Below the pieces are notes generated by a model. That model was not told the origin of the DNA. It saw nothing but the letters and a program-made list of their open reading frames with translations, and did not search any database. A stretch of 34,690 nt of DNA from positions 1 through 34,690 of the forward strand of contig DASQHK010000491.1 of the NCBI GenBank assembly GCA_035632135.1, given 5' to 3'. Made by a program: the position numbers and the translations under genes. Positions 24,756-33,112 of the stretch are shown here, in pieces; the first letter of the stretch is position 1, and each line of letters opens with the position of its first letter. The stretch comes from Bryobacterales bacterium. GTDB taxonomy: Bacteria; Acidobacteriota; Terriglobia; Bryobacterales; JACQDG01.

Positions 24756-27203
24756 TCAGCGCGGCGCTCTCGCAAAATAGCTGCGGGTGGCGGCGGGCGG
24801 GTTGGAGCCGCGGATGGCGCTCCACAAGATGCGGTTCAGCGCGTCGTCGTCCACGCGGTCCTCGGCGGAAAAGTCCATGCGGGCCGAAGCCGCCGCCGCC
24901 GGCGCTTCCGCCGCGTTACGATCCTCGAGGCTGATGCGGGGCTTCTCGGCGGTGTAGGGGCGCGCGTCAGGGACGGCGGCGAAGCAGTTGGCCATGGGCG
25001 TCGCGGCGGCGTCAAACTGCGTCATAGGACGCAGGCCCAGCAGCAGCTCCATGGTGCGCAGCATGGAGACTGTGGCGTAGTGCGTGCTGTCGACAAAGCC
25101 GCGCTTCGAGTAGGCGCTCAGCACGAACGCCGGACTGCGGTGCGAATCGACGTGGTCGGGGCCGTTTTGCGCATCGTCCTCCACGACGAAAATAGCGATC
25201 TGGTTCCACACCGGACTGCGGCTGATGGCTTCGACAATGCGCCCGAGGGCGTAATCGTTGTCGGCGGCCAGCGCCAGCGGCGTGTGCTTGCCGGCGGCCG
25301 TGCCGGCCGTGTGATCGTTGGGAAGCCGCAGCAGGATCAATTGCGGCAGCGCGCCCTTTTTCACGAACTCGTTGAATTCACGCAGAAACTCGTCGGCCCG
25401 CTTCTGGTCGGGATAATCCAGGTTGAAGGTTACAAAGTTCTTATCGGTGTAAGGCGCGAGCGCCGGATCGCGGACTCGCTCAACGCCGGTGAGAGCCTTG
25501 TTGTTCTGCACCCACATGCCATAGTTGCGCAGCGTCAGGCCCGCCGAAAGAGCGTTGGTCCACAGGTATCCGGCCGGCGGAAAAGCCGCCGGCTCGCCGC
25601 CTTCAAAGTCGTAGATCTTGCGGCGGTGGCCGTAGCGCGAGGGCCACATCTTCTCAACGTAGTCGTTAGCGATGGCGGCCATGGTCCAGTTGTGGCCGTC
25701 GGCGCTCACGTCGGCGTTGACGTAGAAATTATCGAGCAGCACGAACTCGCGCGCCAGCTTGTGATGGTTGGGCGTGATCTGCTCGCCGAACAGCACCAGC
25801 GACGGGTCGCCGTTGCCTTCTTTCAGGTCGCCCAGCACCTGGTCGTACGTCCGGTTTTCTTTGACGATGTAGAGGGCGTGCTTGATTTCGGAGGGCAGCT
25901 TCACGCCGGGGTCGTGGAGCTTGTCGTCGTTGTAAGGACTGTTGAGAACCGCCTGGCGCGAGTAAGCATCGAGTTGCTCGTCGCCCGGCGGCGGCACGAT
26001 CGACAGCGACCCGGTCTGCATGCGGCCGACGTACTGGCTCGTGCCCCCGCCCTTGACGGTTGGGTTGGGCCCGGCGGGATTGGCAAAGCCGCCGCGGCCG
26101 CGCCCGTTGAGAATGAAGATCCGCCCGTCGCTCATGGCGCGCACGGCCGTGGGGTACCACGCCGTGGGAATGAAACCCTGCACCGCGGCCTGATACTCGC
26201 TCACGTCGACCACCGCCACCGTGTTGTTGTCCGAGCACACCACGTAGAGCCACTTGCCGTCCGGGCTCAGCGCCAGCGCCGATGGCGTGGAGCCGGCCGG
26301 GGCGCGCGGCGCGAGCGCCACGTTGAGGCGCTCGATCAGGCGCGCCTGATTATCATCCGTAATGCCCAGGACCATGACGCTGTTGGTGTTGGCGCAGGCG
26401 ACAAACAGGCGGCCGACAAAGGCGGTCTCGTCGCCGGAAGCCTCGTTCTTGCCGGGCAGGTACACCATGTCGGTCGGATGCATGCCCACGGCGATGGTGC
26501 CGAGCCGGGCATTGGCCGCACGCTCGGGAATGCTGGCCGCGGCCGCGTCATATTCGCCCACCCCGGCGTCGGCCCAGTGGCTCACGTAGAAGGTTTTCCC
26601 GTCCGGCGCAAACAGAATGCGGTAGGGCCGGCGGCCGGTGGGAATCTCCGAAACGCGGAAACCGCTGTAGGTGTTCAGCACGACGATGGAGTTGCGGAAA
26701 AGGCTCGCCACATAAAGTAATCGGCCGTCGGGTGAAACCGCTACATCGCCGACGTGATCGGTGGGCCGGGGGTCCGGCATCACCGCGAAGCGCCGCGCCG
26801 GCTTCAGCTCGCCGCCGGCAAAGCTGAACTCGAAGACGAACGGCTGGGACCCGCCCCCGACGTACACGCGGTCGCCCTTGCGGTTGAAGGTGAGGCCCAG
26901 CCAGCCGTCCTCGACCGGGACCCGCGCCGTCTCGCGCTCCGCCGCCACGTCGATCACGCTGATCGAGGGCGGCAGGTAGCCGCCGTTGAGGACCAGCAGA
27001 TATTTCCCGTCCGGCGACAGGGCCGTGGACATGGGCAGCGTGCTGAGCGGGATCTGCTTGCCGGCCGGAGTGAGCCGCCAGCCGTTGTGCAGGACGAAAG
27101 CGCCATCCGGCTGCTGGCCGACGCGAGCGGGAGGCGCGGGCCGCGAGATGAGCAGGCCGGCGGCGGCCGCCAGCAAAACGAAAGCTGCAACTGTTTTACT
27201 CAT
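24756..27203 (-). CDS. bifunctional YncE-like beta-propeller / phosphoesterase (PLC-AcpA) family protein, secreted
   Basis: Signal peptide MSKTVAAFVLLAAAAGLLI. The N-terminal half has repeated SPDGK.LYV propeller blades. The C-terminal half has HALYIVKENRTYDQVLGDL and LPNDHTAG, typical of the phosphoesterase (phospholipase C/acid phosphatase) family. Confidence 0.85.
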   Translation of the reverse strand: MSKTVAAFVLLAAAAGLLISRPAPPARVGQQPDGAFVLHNGWRLTPAGKQIPLSTLPMSTALSPDGKYLLVLNGGYLPPSISVIDVAAERETARVPVEDGWLGLTFNRKGDRVYVGGGSQPFVFEFSFAGGELKPARRFAVMPDPRPTDHVGDVAVSPDGRLLYVASLFRNSIVVLNTYSGFRVSEIPTGRRPYRILFAPDGKTFYVSHWADAGVGEYDAAAASIPERAANARLGTIAVGMHPTDMVYLPGKNEASGDETAFVGRLFVACANTNSVMVLGITDDNQARLIERLNVALAPRAPAGSTPSALALSPDGKWLYVVCSDNNTVAVVDVSEYQAAVQGFIPTAWYPTAVRAMSDGRIFILNGRGRGGFANPAGPNPTVKGGGTSQYVGRMQTGSLSIVPPPGDEQLDAYSRQAVLNSPYNDDKLHDPGVKLPSEIKHALYIVKENRTYDQVLGDLKEGNGDPSLVLFGEQITPNHHKLAREFVLLDNFYVNADVSADGHNWTMAAIANDYVEKMWPSRYGHRRKIYDFEGGEPAAFPPAGYLWTNALSAGLTLRNYGMWVQNNKALTGVERVRDPALAPYTDKNFVTFNLDYPDQKRADEFLREFNEFVKKGALPQLILLRLPNDHTAGTAAGKHTPLALAADNDYALGRIVEAISRSPVWNQIAIFVVEDDAQNGPDHVDSHRSPAFVLSAYSKRGFVDSTHYATVSMLRTMELLLGLRPMTQFDAAATPMANCFAAVPDARPYTAEKPRISLEDRNAAEAPAAAASARMDFSAEDRVDDDALNRILWSAIRGSNPPAATRSYFARAPR

Positions 27204-27210
27204 AGGCAGG

Positions 27211-28860
27211 CTACTCTTCGAACGTTTGTGCGATCGGGAAGCGGCGGCCCATGCCGAACGCCTTGCTGGTCACGCGCAGGCCCGGCGCAGCTTGCTGGCG
27301 CTTATATTCGTTGCGGTCGACCAGGCGGGCGATCCGCCGCACCAGCTCGAGCGGCCGGTTGAGCCGCCGGGCGATGCACTCGGCCGGCTCATTGTCCTCG
27401 ATGTAGGCCTTGAGGATCGGGTCGAGAATGTCGTACTCCGGAATCGAGTCGCTGTCTTTCTGGCCGGGACGCAGCTCGGCCGAAGGCGGCTTGGTGAACA
27501 CGGCCTCCGGAATGGCGCCGTCGTGCCGGCAGTTGGCGACCCTCGCCAGCTCGTAGACCATAACTTTCGGAACGTCGCTAATCACCGCCAGGCCGCCGCA
27601 CATGTCGCCGTAGAGCGTGCAATAGCCGACGGCCAGCTCGCTCTTGTTGCCGGTGGTGAGCACCAGGGCGCGGAACTTGTTGGACAGCGCCATCAGCGTC
27701 GCGCCGCGGAGGCGGGCCTGAAGGTTTTCTTCCGTCACGTCGGGCGCGTGGCCGGCGAAAACCGGCTCCAGCGTCTCCCGAAATGCTCCGTAGACCTTAT
27801 TGATATCTATAATCTGGAAGCGGATGCCCAGTTTTTCGGCGAGCGTGCGGGCGTCGCGGACGCTGCCCTCTGAAGAATACGGCCCCGGCATCGCTACGCC
27901 GGTGACGTTCCCGGCGCCCACGGCATCGACCGCGATCACGGCCGTCAGCGACGAGTCGATGCCGCCGCTCAGCCCGAGCAGCACGCGCTCGAAGCCGCAC
28001 TTGCGCACGTAGTCACGCGTGCCCAGCACCAGCGCCTGGTAGACGGCCTCACGCTCGTCCGGCAAGGTCTCGTGCTGGTCGCCGGCATTGGTTTCCGTGT
28101 CGTAGAAGACCAAGTCCTCCTCGAACGATTTGGCCAAGGCGCGTACGCGGCCCTGCGCGTCGAGCACGAAGCTGGTGCCGTCGAAGACGAGCTGGTCGTT
28201 GCCGCCTACCTGGTTCACCAGCACAACGGGAGTCTGGTGGCGGCAGGCGATGGCAGCTAGCATTTCCCGGCGCAGCCGCCGCTTGTGCATGTGGTAAGGC
28301 GACGACGAGATGTTGATCAGAAGGTCGGCCCGGGCGGCCATCAGCTCCTCGACCGGATCGCGCGGGTAAAGTTGCCGCTCCCAGAATTGCTTGTCGTTCC
28401 ACACGTCTTCGCAAATGGTGATGGCGAGCTTGCAGCCAAGCGTTTCGAAGACGGTCTCTTTTTCTCCGGGGGCGAAGTTGCGGCTCTCGTCGAAGACGTC
28501 ATAGGTTGGCAGCAGCATCTTCTGCTGCGTGAAGCGGACCTCGCCGCCGGCGATGTAGGCGGCGCAATTAGCGGCCGTCTTGCCGGTGCGGGCGGTGTTG
28601 CGGCGCGGGAAGCCGCAGATCAGGTCGAGCGGCAGCGACGCTGTCTCCTGCGCCAGGCGCGACAGCTCGGCCTGCGTCTGGTCGAGGAACGACGGCTTCT
28701 CCACCAGGTCCCGAGGCGGATAGCCGGAAAGGGAAAGCTCGGGAAAAATGATGAGCCGCGCCTCCGCCTGCGCCGCCTCGCGCGCGAAACGAACCATCCG
28801 GCTGGCGTTGCCGGCCAGGTCGCCGACAGTCGGATTGATCTGCCCCAACGCGATTTTCAC
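27211..28860 (-). CDS. nadE: glutamine-dependent NAD+ synthetase
   Basis: GTG start. N-terminal CN-hydrolase domain (MKIALGQINPTVGDLAGN...IFPELSLSGYPP...ICEDVW). C-terminal synthetase domain with the PP-loop LGLSGGIDSS. Confidence 0.93.
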   Translation of the reverse strand: MKIALGQINPTVGDLAGNASRMVRFAREAAQAEARLIIFPELSLSGYPPRDLVEKPSFLDQTQAELSRLAQETASLPLDLICGFPRRNTARTGKTAANCAAYIAGGEVRFTQQKMLLPTYDVFDESRNFAPGEKETVFETLGCKLAITICEDVWNDKQFWERQLYPRDPVEELMAARADLLINISSSPYHMHKRRLRREMLAAIACRHQTPVVLVNQVGGNDQLVFDGTSFVLDAQGRVRALAKSFEEDLVFYDTETNAGDQHETLPDEREAVYQALVLGTRDYVRKCGFERVLLGLSGGIDSSLTAVIAVDAVGAGNVTGVAMPGPYSSEGSVRDARTLAEKLGIRFQIIDINKVYGAFRETLEPVFAGHAPDVTEENLQARLRGATLMALSNKFRALVLTTGNKSELAVGYCTLYGDMCGGLAVISDVPKVMVYELARVANCRHDGAIPEAVFTKPPSAELRPGQKDSDSIPEYDILDPILKAYIEDNEPAECIARRLNRPLELVRRIARLVDRNEYKRQQAAPGLRVTSKAFGMGRRFPIAQTFEE

Positions 28861-28910
28861 GGGACGCGCGCGCCGCGAGCGTGCATATGTGGCATTTTAG
28901 CAAGGTGGGC

Positions 28911-30128
28911 ATGCTGAAGAGCTTTCTGGATTGGCGCGACTCGGGCGAGAAGACCGAAGCGGAGCTGCTGGAGCTTTGCCTGGCGCGCATTCGCGAGCAA
29001 GAGCCGCGGATCCAGGCGTGGGTGGAAGTTTGCCCGCAGCCTGCGCAGACACAGGGTCCGCTGCGAGGTATTCCGTTCGGCGCCAAGGACATCTTCGAAA
29101 CCGCTGGTATGGCGACCGAGTACGGCTCCCCGATCTATGCCGGGCGCAAGGGGCGGCAAGACGCGGGGCTGGTACGCGAACTCAAGGAGCGCGGCGCGGT
29201 ACTGCTTGGCAAGACCCAGACCACGGCGTTCGCCTACTTCGACCCCGCGCCCACGCGCAACCCGCGTAATCTCGAGCACACCCCCGGCGGCAGCTCCAGC
29301 GGCTCGGCGGCGGCGGTAGCGGCGGGCATGGTTCCCTTTGCCCTGGGCAGCCAGACGCAGGGATCGGTGCTGCGCCCGGCTTCGTTCTGCGGCGTGGTGG
29401 GGTTCAAGCCCACACACGGCCTTCTGCCGCTCGAGGGCGTGCTCAGTTTCGCGCCCAGCCTCGACACCGCGGGTCTGTTTACCCCAACCGCCGAAGACAT
29501 GCGCCTGCTGTGGGAGCGGATGGGATTTCCGGTGGATCGCACCGACACGCCGCCGCGGCTGGGCGTGCCGGCCGCTCTGCCGGAACTCGACCCGGCGATG
29601 GAGTGGGAATTCCGGCTGACCGCCACGCGGCTGCGCGCCGCCGGGCTGCGGGTGGAGACGATCGAGTTGCCGCCGGACTTCGCCAAGTTGCGCGCCGCCT
29701 CGAAGCTCATCAATGACTATGAGGGCGCGCGCACGCACCGGGAGCGCTGGCGCGAGCACGGCCTGCGCATCGGCTGGAAGCTCGCGCAGATGGTCGCCGA
29801 AGGCCTGCGCATCCCGAGCGAGGAGTATGCCGCGGCGCTCGGGACGGTGGCGCAAGTGAAACAGGAAATGGCGAAGATGTTTGAGCAAGTCCCGGTGATC
29901 CTGACGCCCGCCGCCCCCGGGCCGGCCCCGGCCGGACTCGCGTCAACCGGCGATCCGCGGATGAATTCGCCCTGGACGGCATTAGGAGTACCTGCCATCT
30001 CCATCCCCATGCCGGCGGGGGACGGCCTCCCGCTCGGCTTGCAGATGACGGCGGGCGCAGGGCGTGACGGTTTCCTGGTGGCAGTGGCGGGGGAATTGGA
30101 ACCACAGATGAACACAGATGAACACTGA
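28911..30128 (+). CDS. amidase-signature (AS) family amidase
   Basis: GIPFGAKDIFETAGMATEYGS and the AS motif GGSSSGSAAAVAAGMVPFALGSQTQGSVLRPASFCG. The start is uncertain: ATG 28911 preceded by AAGGTGG, or alternatively 28881/28887. The last residues (EPQMNTDEH) and the TGA stop lie inside inverted-repeat copy A. Confidence 0.85.
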   Translation: MLKSFLDWRDSGEKTEAELLELCLARIREQEPRIQAWVEVCPQPAQTQGPLRGIPFGAKDIFETAGMATEYGSPIYAGRKGRQDAGLVRELKERGAVLLGKTQTTAFAYFDPAPTRNPRNLEHTPGGSSSGSAAAVAAGMVPFALGSQTQGSVLRPASFCGVVGFKPTHGLLPLEGVLSFAPSLDTAGLFTPTAEDMRLLWERMGFPVDRTDTPPRLGVPAALPELDPAMEWEFRLTATRLRAAGLRVETIELPPDFAKLRAASKLINDYEGARTHRERWREHGLRIGWKLAQMVAEGLRIPSEEYAAALGTVAQVKQEMAKMFEQVPVILTPAAPGPAPAGLASTGDPRMNSPWTALGVPAISIPMPAGDGLPLGLQMTAGAGRDGFLVAVAGELEPQMNTDEH

Positions 30129-30134
30129 TTAGAA
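30098..30134. repeat. inverted-repeat copy A (GGAACCACAGATGAACACAGATGAACACTGATTAGAA)
   Basis: Matches the reverse complement of 30483..30519 at 33 of 37 positions, counted by hand. Internally it contains the 10-mer CACAGATGAA twice in tandem. Confidence 0.85.
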
Positions 30135-30482
30135 CCCGTTGATGACGCGCTTAATCTGGAGCTTCGGAGCGCCGAAGTTGACCAAGAGACAAATGCCGAG
30201 GCCGGCTGCCTTGAGGTAGTTCAGGCACTGCGCCATGTGGACCTCATCGAACTGGCGGACCACCTTTAGCTCCACGAGCACGCTATCTTCAACGAGCAGG
30301 TCGGCGACATATTCGCCCACGATCACGTCCCGGTATCGCACGCGGAGTGCCTTCTGCTGTTCCACGGCAAGCCCGGCCTGCCGCAATTCGTAGGCCAGCG
30401 AGTTTTCGTAGACCTTTTCGGGGAAACCGCAACCCAAGGTGTTGGCCACCACATAACAACGCCCAATGATTTTTTCGGTCAT
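30129..30482 (-). CDS. GxxExxY protein (PD-(D/E)XK nuclease-like superfamily)
   Basis: MTEKIIGRCYVVANTLGCGFPEKVYENSLAYELRQAGL carries the G-F-P-E-K-V-Y signature. DLLVEDSVLVELK is a D...E-x-K nuclease-type motif. The alternative start at 30521 would add MEPQMNTDKHGSE, encoded by repeat copy B, and would overlap comEC. Confidence 0.8.
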   Translation of the reverse strand: MTEKIIGRCYVVANTLGCGFPEKVYENSLAYELRQAGLAVEQQKALRVRYRDVIVGEYVADLLVEDSVLVELKVVRQFDEVHMAQCLNYLKAAGLGICLLVNFGAPKLQIKRVINGF

Positions 30483-30519
30483 TTCTGATCCGTGTTTATC
30501 TGTGTTCATCTGCGGTTCC
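30483..30519. repeat. inverted-repeat copy B (reverse complement GGAACCGCAGATGAACACAGATAAACACGGATCAGAA)
   Basis: Partner of 30098..30134. Lies immediately upstream of the GxxExxY ATG (30482). Contains most of the last four codons (WNRR; the W codon runs 1 nt past the repeat) and the TGA stop of comEC. Confidence 0.85.
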
Positions 30520-33106
30520 ATTCGTATGCCCCAACCGACAGCCGGTGACCGTCGGTTTCGATGCTTACAGCGCCGTCGCGGTCGGTGCGAAAAACGGTCG
30601 CGCGATGGTCGGCCAGGCGTGAGAGCACGTCGCCATTGGGATGGCCGTAAGGGTTGTCGAAGCCGGCCGAGACCACCGCGAACCAGGGACGCACTCCATC
30701 GAGGAAGGTTTCGCTCGACGAGGTCTTACTGCCGTGGTGAGCCACCTTGAGAACGTCGGCATGCCCCAGCAAGCCGTCGTCGGCAAGGCGGCGCTCGGAC
30801 CTCTGCTCGATGTCGCCCGTCAGCAGGAAACTGCGGTCGCCGAAACTGGCTCGCAGCACGATCGAATCGTCGTTAGCGGGCTTGGCGCGCGGCACATAGT
30901 CAGGGGGCGGCGCGAGCACCGTGAACCGGACTCCGCCCAATCGCCGCTCCTCGCCGCGGCAGAGGCGCACCAGGCGCACGCCCCGCCGCCTGGCCGTATC
31001 GAGGGCGCGATCGTAGTCGGGCGAAGGCGGGTTCGAGCCGATCCACAATTCGCGCACGCGAAAGTTTTCAAGCAGCGCCGGCAGGCCTCCAATGTGGTCG
31101 TAGTGGGCATGCGAGACGACGACCACGTCGAGCGTCCGAATCTCCCGCGACCACAGATAGGGAGAGACCACCTCCTCGCCGATGTCCGGCATCTGCGTAT
31201 TCGTTCCGCCAAAGGTGGCGAGGCCGCCGGTGTCCACCAGCATGGTTTGACCCTGCGGCAGGGCGAGGAACAGCGCATCGCCCTGGCCCACGTCAAGCGC
31301 GGTCACCTCGAGTTTTCCCCGGTCCAGATGCGGGGCAAAGGGCGACACCGCCAGCCCGGCGACGGCGGCCAGCAAAGCCAGGAACGCGGCGCCCACGGCC
31401 AGCCTCGGCCAAAACCCGGCGCGCGGCCGGGGACGATTGCGGCCTTCTACGATAACCCGCGGCGGCCGCTGCCGGTCGAGCAGCCAGGCCACGGCGGCGA
31501 GCGCTGCCGCAAACGCCACGGCGAACCAAGCTGGCGGGATGGGCACGCGCGCCTCGAGCCACCGCCAGCGGGCGTGCCACTCGACGATCCAGACCATCGC
31601 CGCCACCAGCAGCGCCAGCGCGTGCCCCAGCAGAGGCCAGCCGGTAAGTACGGTTGCAAAGCCCAGCGGGACAATCAGGCCGATCAAGGGTACTACGAAT
31701 ACATTTGCGGAAAGGCCGCTCCACGCCAGACGGTGGAACTGGATCGCCATGGGCAGGGCGAGGCCAATCTGCACCGACGCCGAAACCACCACCAGTTCGG
31801 CGATGGCCACCAGGGGCCGAACCGCCCAGCAAAGCACCGCCATGGAAATCCGCGGCACAAACGGCAAACGGCCGGCTGCGGTGCGCCACGCGACGCGGAT
31901 GTGCGCGACTTTCGGCTCCAGATGCATGTCACGGCTGCGATCTGGCAGATCGGCCAGGGCCAGCCGATAGGGCTCCAGCGTTCGCTCCAAAATCGGAACG
32001 GCCAGGGCGGCGATCGTGCCTACCGAGAGAAACGACAACTGGAAGCTGACGTCAAACAAACCGGCCGGGTCGGCGGCAAGCATCGCCAGCGCGACGCCCG
32101 CCATGATATTGAGCGCCCGGCGCTGGCGGTAGAAGACGCGGGCCAGCAGATAGGCCGCCACCATCGCTGCCGCGCGAACCGTGGGCAAGCGCGAGCCGCA
32201 CAGCAAGACGAAGCCTATTAGCACGACCATCACCGCCAGCGACGCCAGCCCCCGCGGGACCCGCAGCAGCCGGAACAGAAAAAGAAAGAACCACGCCAGC
32301 GCGCCAACGTGGAGGCCGGCGACCACCAGCGCGTGGTAGGCGCCGGTGCGCTGGAACGAGACGCCGAGGCTGCGATCGATATAGGCTGCGTCGCCCAGCA
32401 GCATGGCTTTCACGACGCCGGCCGCAGTGGACCCCGCGCCCAGCAGCCGGTCGATTCGCCCCTCGGCCCACTCGCGCGTTGTCCAGATGAGCGCCAGAAC
32501 CCGGCTGCCGCGCCGGCCCGCGAGGCGCCGGAAGGGAACGCCGGCGCGCACCGTGGCCGTCATCTCGATGCCCTGGCGGCGCAGGAAGGTCACGCGGTCG
32601 AAGCCGCCCGGGTCCTGGAAGTTGTGAGGAAGGCGCAGACGGGCCAGAAACTCTACATGGTCGCCGTAGTGCAGATCGGCCGGAGGCTCGCCTGGACGGC
32701 GGACCACCGTCACGCGCACGCCGCCGCCGGCCGGAGTGCTCTGGCCGATCGCTTCCACGGCCAGCGCGAACTGATCGCGATCGGCGCGGACCGTGGGTGG
32801 AACGCGCACCCAGCCGCTTAAGCGAACGGGATCCCGCAGGTCGAGCCGCTCGCGCGCCACCACAAAGTCGATGCGATCCGGTTCCAGCGGCGCAGGCTGC
32901 GATGCCGCCAGGGCGCCGGCGAGAGCAAAGCCGGCGAGGCAGGCGGCCGTGCCCGCGTGCGGCGCTCCACGCCACAACCCGAGCAGAGAGAGGGCCAGCA
33001 AAAGCAGAACGCCCAGGGACAGCTCGCGGAAGGAGAACGTGGCGCATTGCGCTGCCACGACGCCGGCCGCATAAGCCGCGAGCGGCGCCACCAGCGGATA
33101 TTTCAT
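30506..33106 (-). CDS. comEC: DNA internalisation-related competence protein ComEC/Rec2 (with C-terminal MBL domain)
   Basis: 866 aa, polytopic membrane N-terminal and central region. C-terminal metallo-beta-lactamase domain (LDVGQGDALFL...VVVSHAHYDHIGG...LKVAHHGSKTSS). The start lies 6 nt after the rumA-like stop. Confidence 0.9.
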   Translation of the reverse strand: MKYPLVAPLAAYAAGVVAAQCATFSFRELSLGVLLLLALSLLGLWRGAPHAGTAACLAGFALAGALAASQPAPLEPDRIDFVVARERLDLRDPVRLSGWVRVPPTVRADRDQFALAVEAIGQSTPAGGGVRVTVVRRPGEPPADLHYGDHVEFLARLRLPHNFQDPGGFDRVTFLRRQGIEMTATVRAGVPFRRLAGRRGSRVLALIWTTREWAEGRIDRLLGAGSTAAGVVKAMLLGDAAYIDRSLGVSFQRTGAYHALVVAGLHVGALAWFFLFLFRLLRVPRGLASLAVMVVLIGFVLLCGSRLPTVRAAAMVAAYLLARVFYRQRRALNIMAGVALAMLAADPAGLFDVSFQLSFLSVGTIAALAVPILERTLEPYRLALADLPDRSRDMHLEPKVAHIRVAWRTAAGRLPFVPRISMAVLCWAVRPLVAIAELVVVSASVQIGLALPMAIQFHRLAWSGLSANVFVVPLIGLIVPLGFATVLTGWPLLGHALALLVAAMVWIVEWHARWRWLEARVPIPPAWFAVAFAAALAAVAWLLDRQRPPRVIVEGRNRPRPRAGFWPRLAVGAAFLALLAAVAGLAVSPFAPHLDRGKLEVTALDVGQGDALFLALPQGQTMLVDTGGLATFGGTNTQMPDIGEEVVSPYLWSREIRTLDVVVVSHAHYDHIGGLPALLENFRVRELWIGSNPPSPDYDRALDTARRRGVRLVRLCRGEERRLGGVRFTVLAPPPDYVPRAKPANDDSIVLRASFGDRSFLLTGDIEQRSERRLADDGLLGHADVLKVAHHGSKTSSSETFLDGVRPWFAVVSAGFDNPYGHPNGDVLSRLADHRATVFRTDRDGAVSIETDGHRLSVGAYEWNRR

Positions 33107-33112
33107 CCGAAG

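Larger units (their letters stand above)
30098..30519 (-). mobile_element. candidate minimal cassette: GxxExxY (PD-(D/E)XK) gene bounded by 37-bp inverted repeats
   Basis: Terminal inverted repeats bracket a single 117-codon ORF. There is no transposase or integrase. The cassette sits between convergent genes that both stop inside the repeats. Mobility is an inference. Confidence 0.4.

Noticed and set aside
22668-26720. 1350-aa ORF on the + strand, the longest in the track
   Set aside because: It runs antisense across two clearly recognisable - strand genes, GH57 and the YncE/phosphoesterase fusion. The translation is dominated by R/A/G/V/L with no recognisable motif. Long stop-free antisense frames are expected in GC-rich DNA because stop codons are AT-rich.
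30466-30750. 94-aa + strand ORF (MIFSVISDPCLSVFICGS...) and the MEPQMNTDKHGSE extension of the GxxExxY ORF
   Set aside because: These peptide strings are simply translations of inverted-repeat copy B in two orientations. I treat them as repeat-encoded, not as genuine coding sequence, although the 30521 start cannot be fully excluded.
30641-32221. 526-aa + strand ORF and other ORFs (32052..33047, 31293..31889) inside comEC
   Set aside because: They are antisense or out of frame to a full-length ComEC with a typical membrane core and MBL domain, and they have a very Arg-rich composition.
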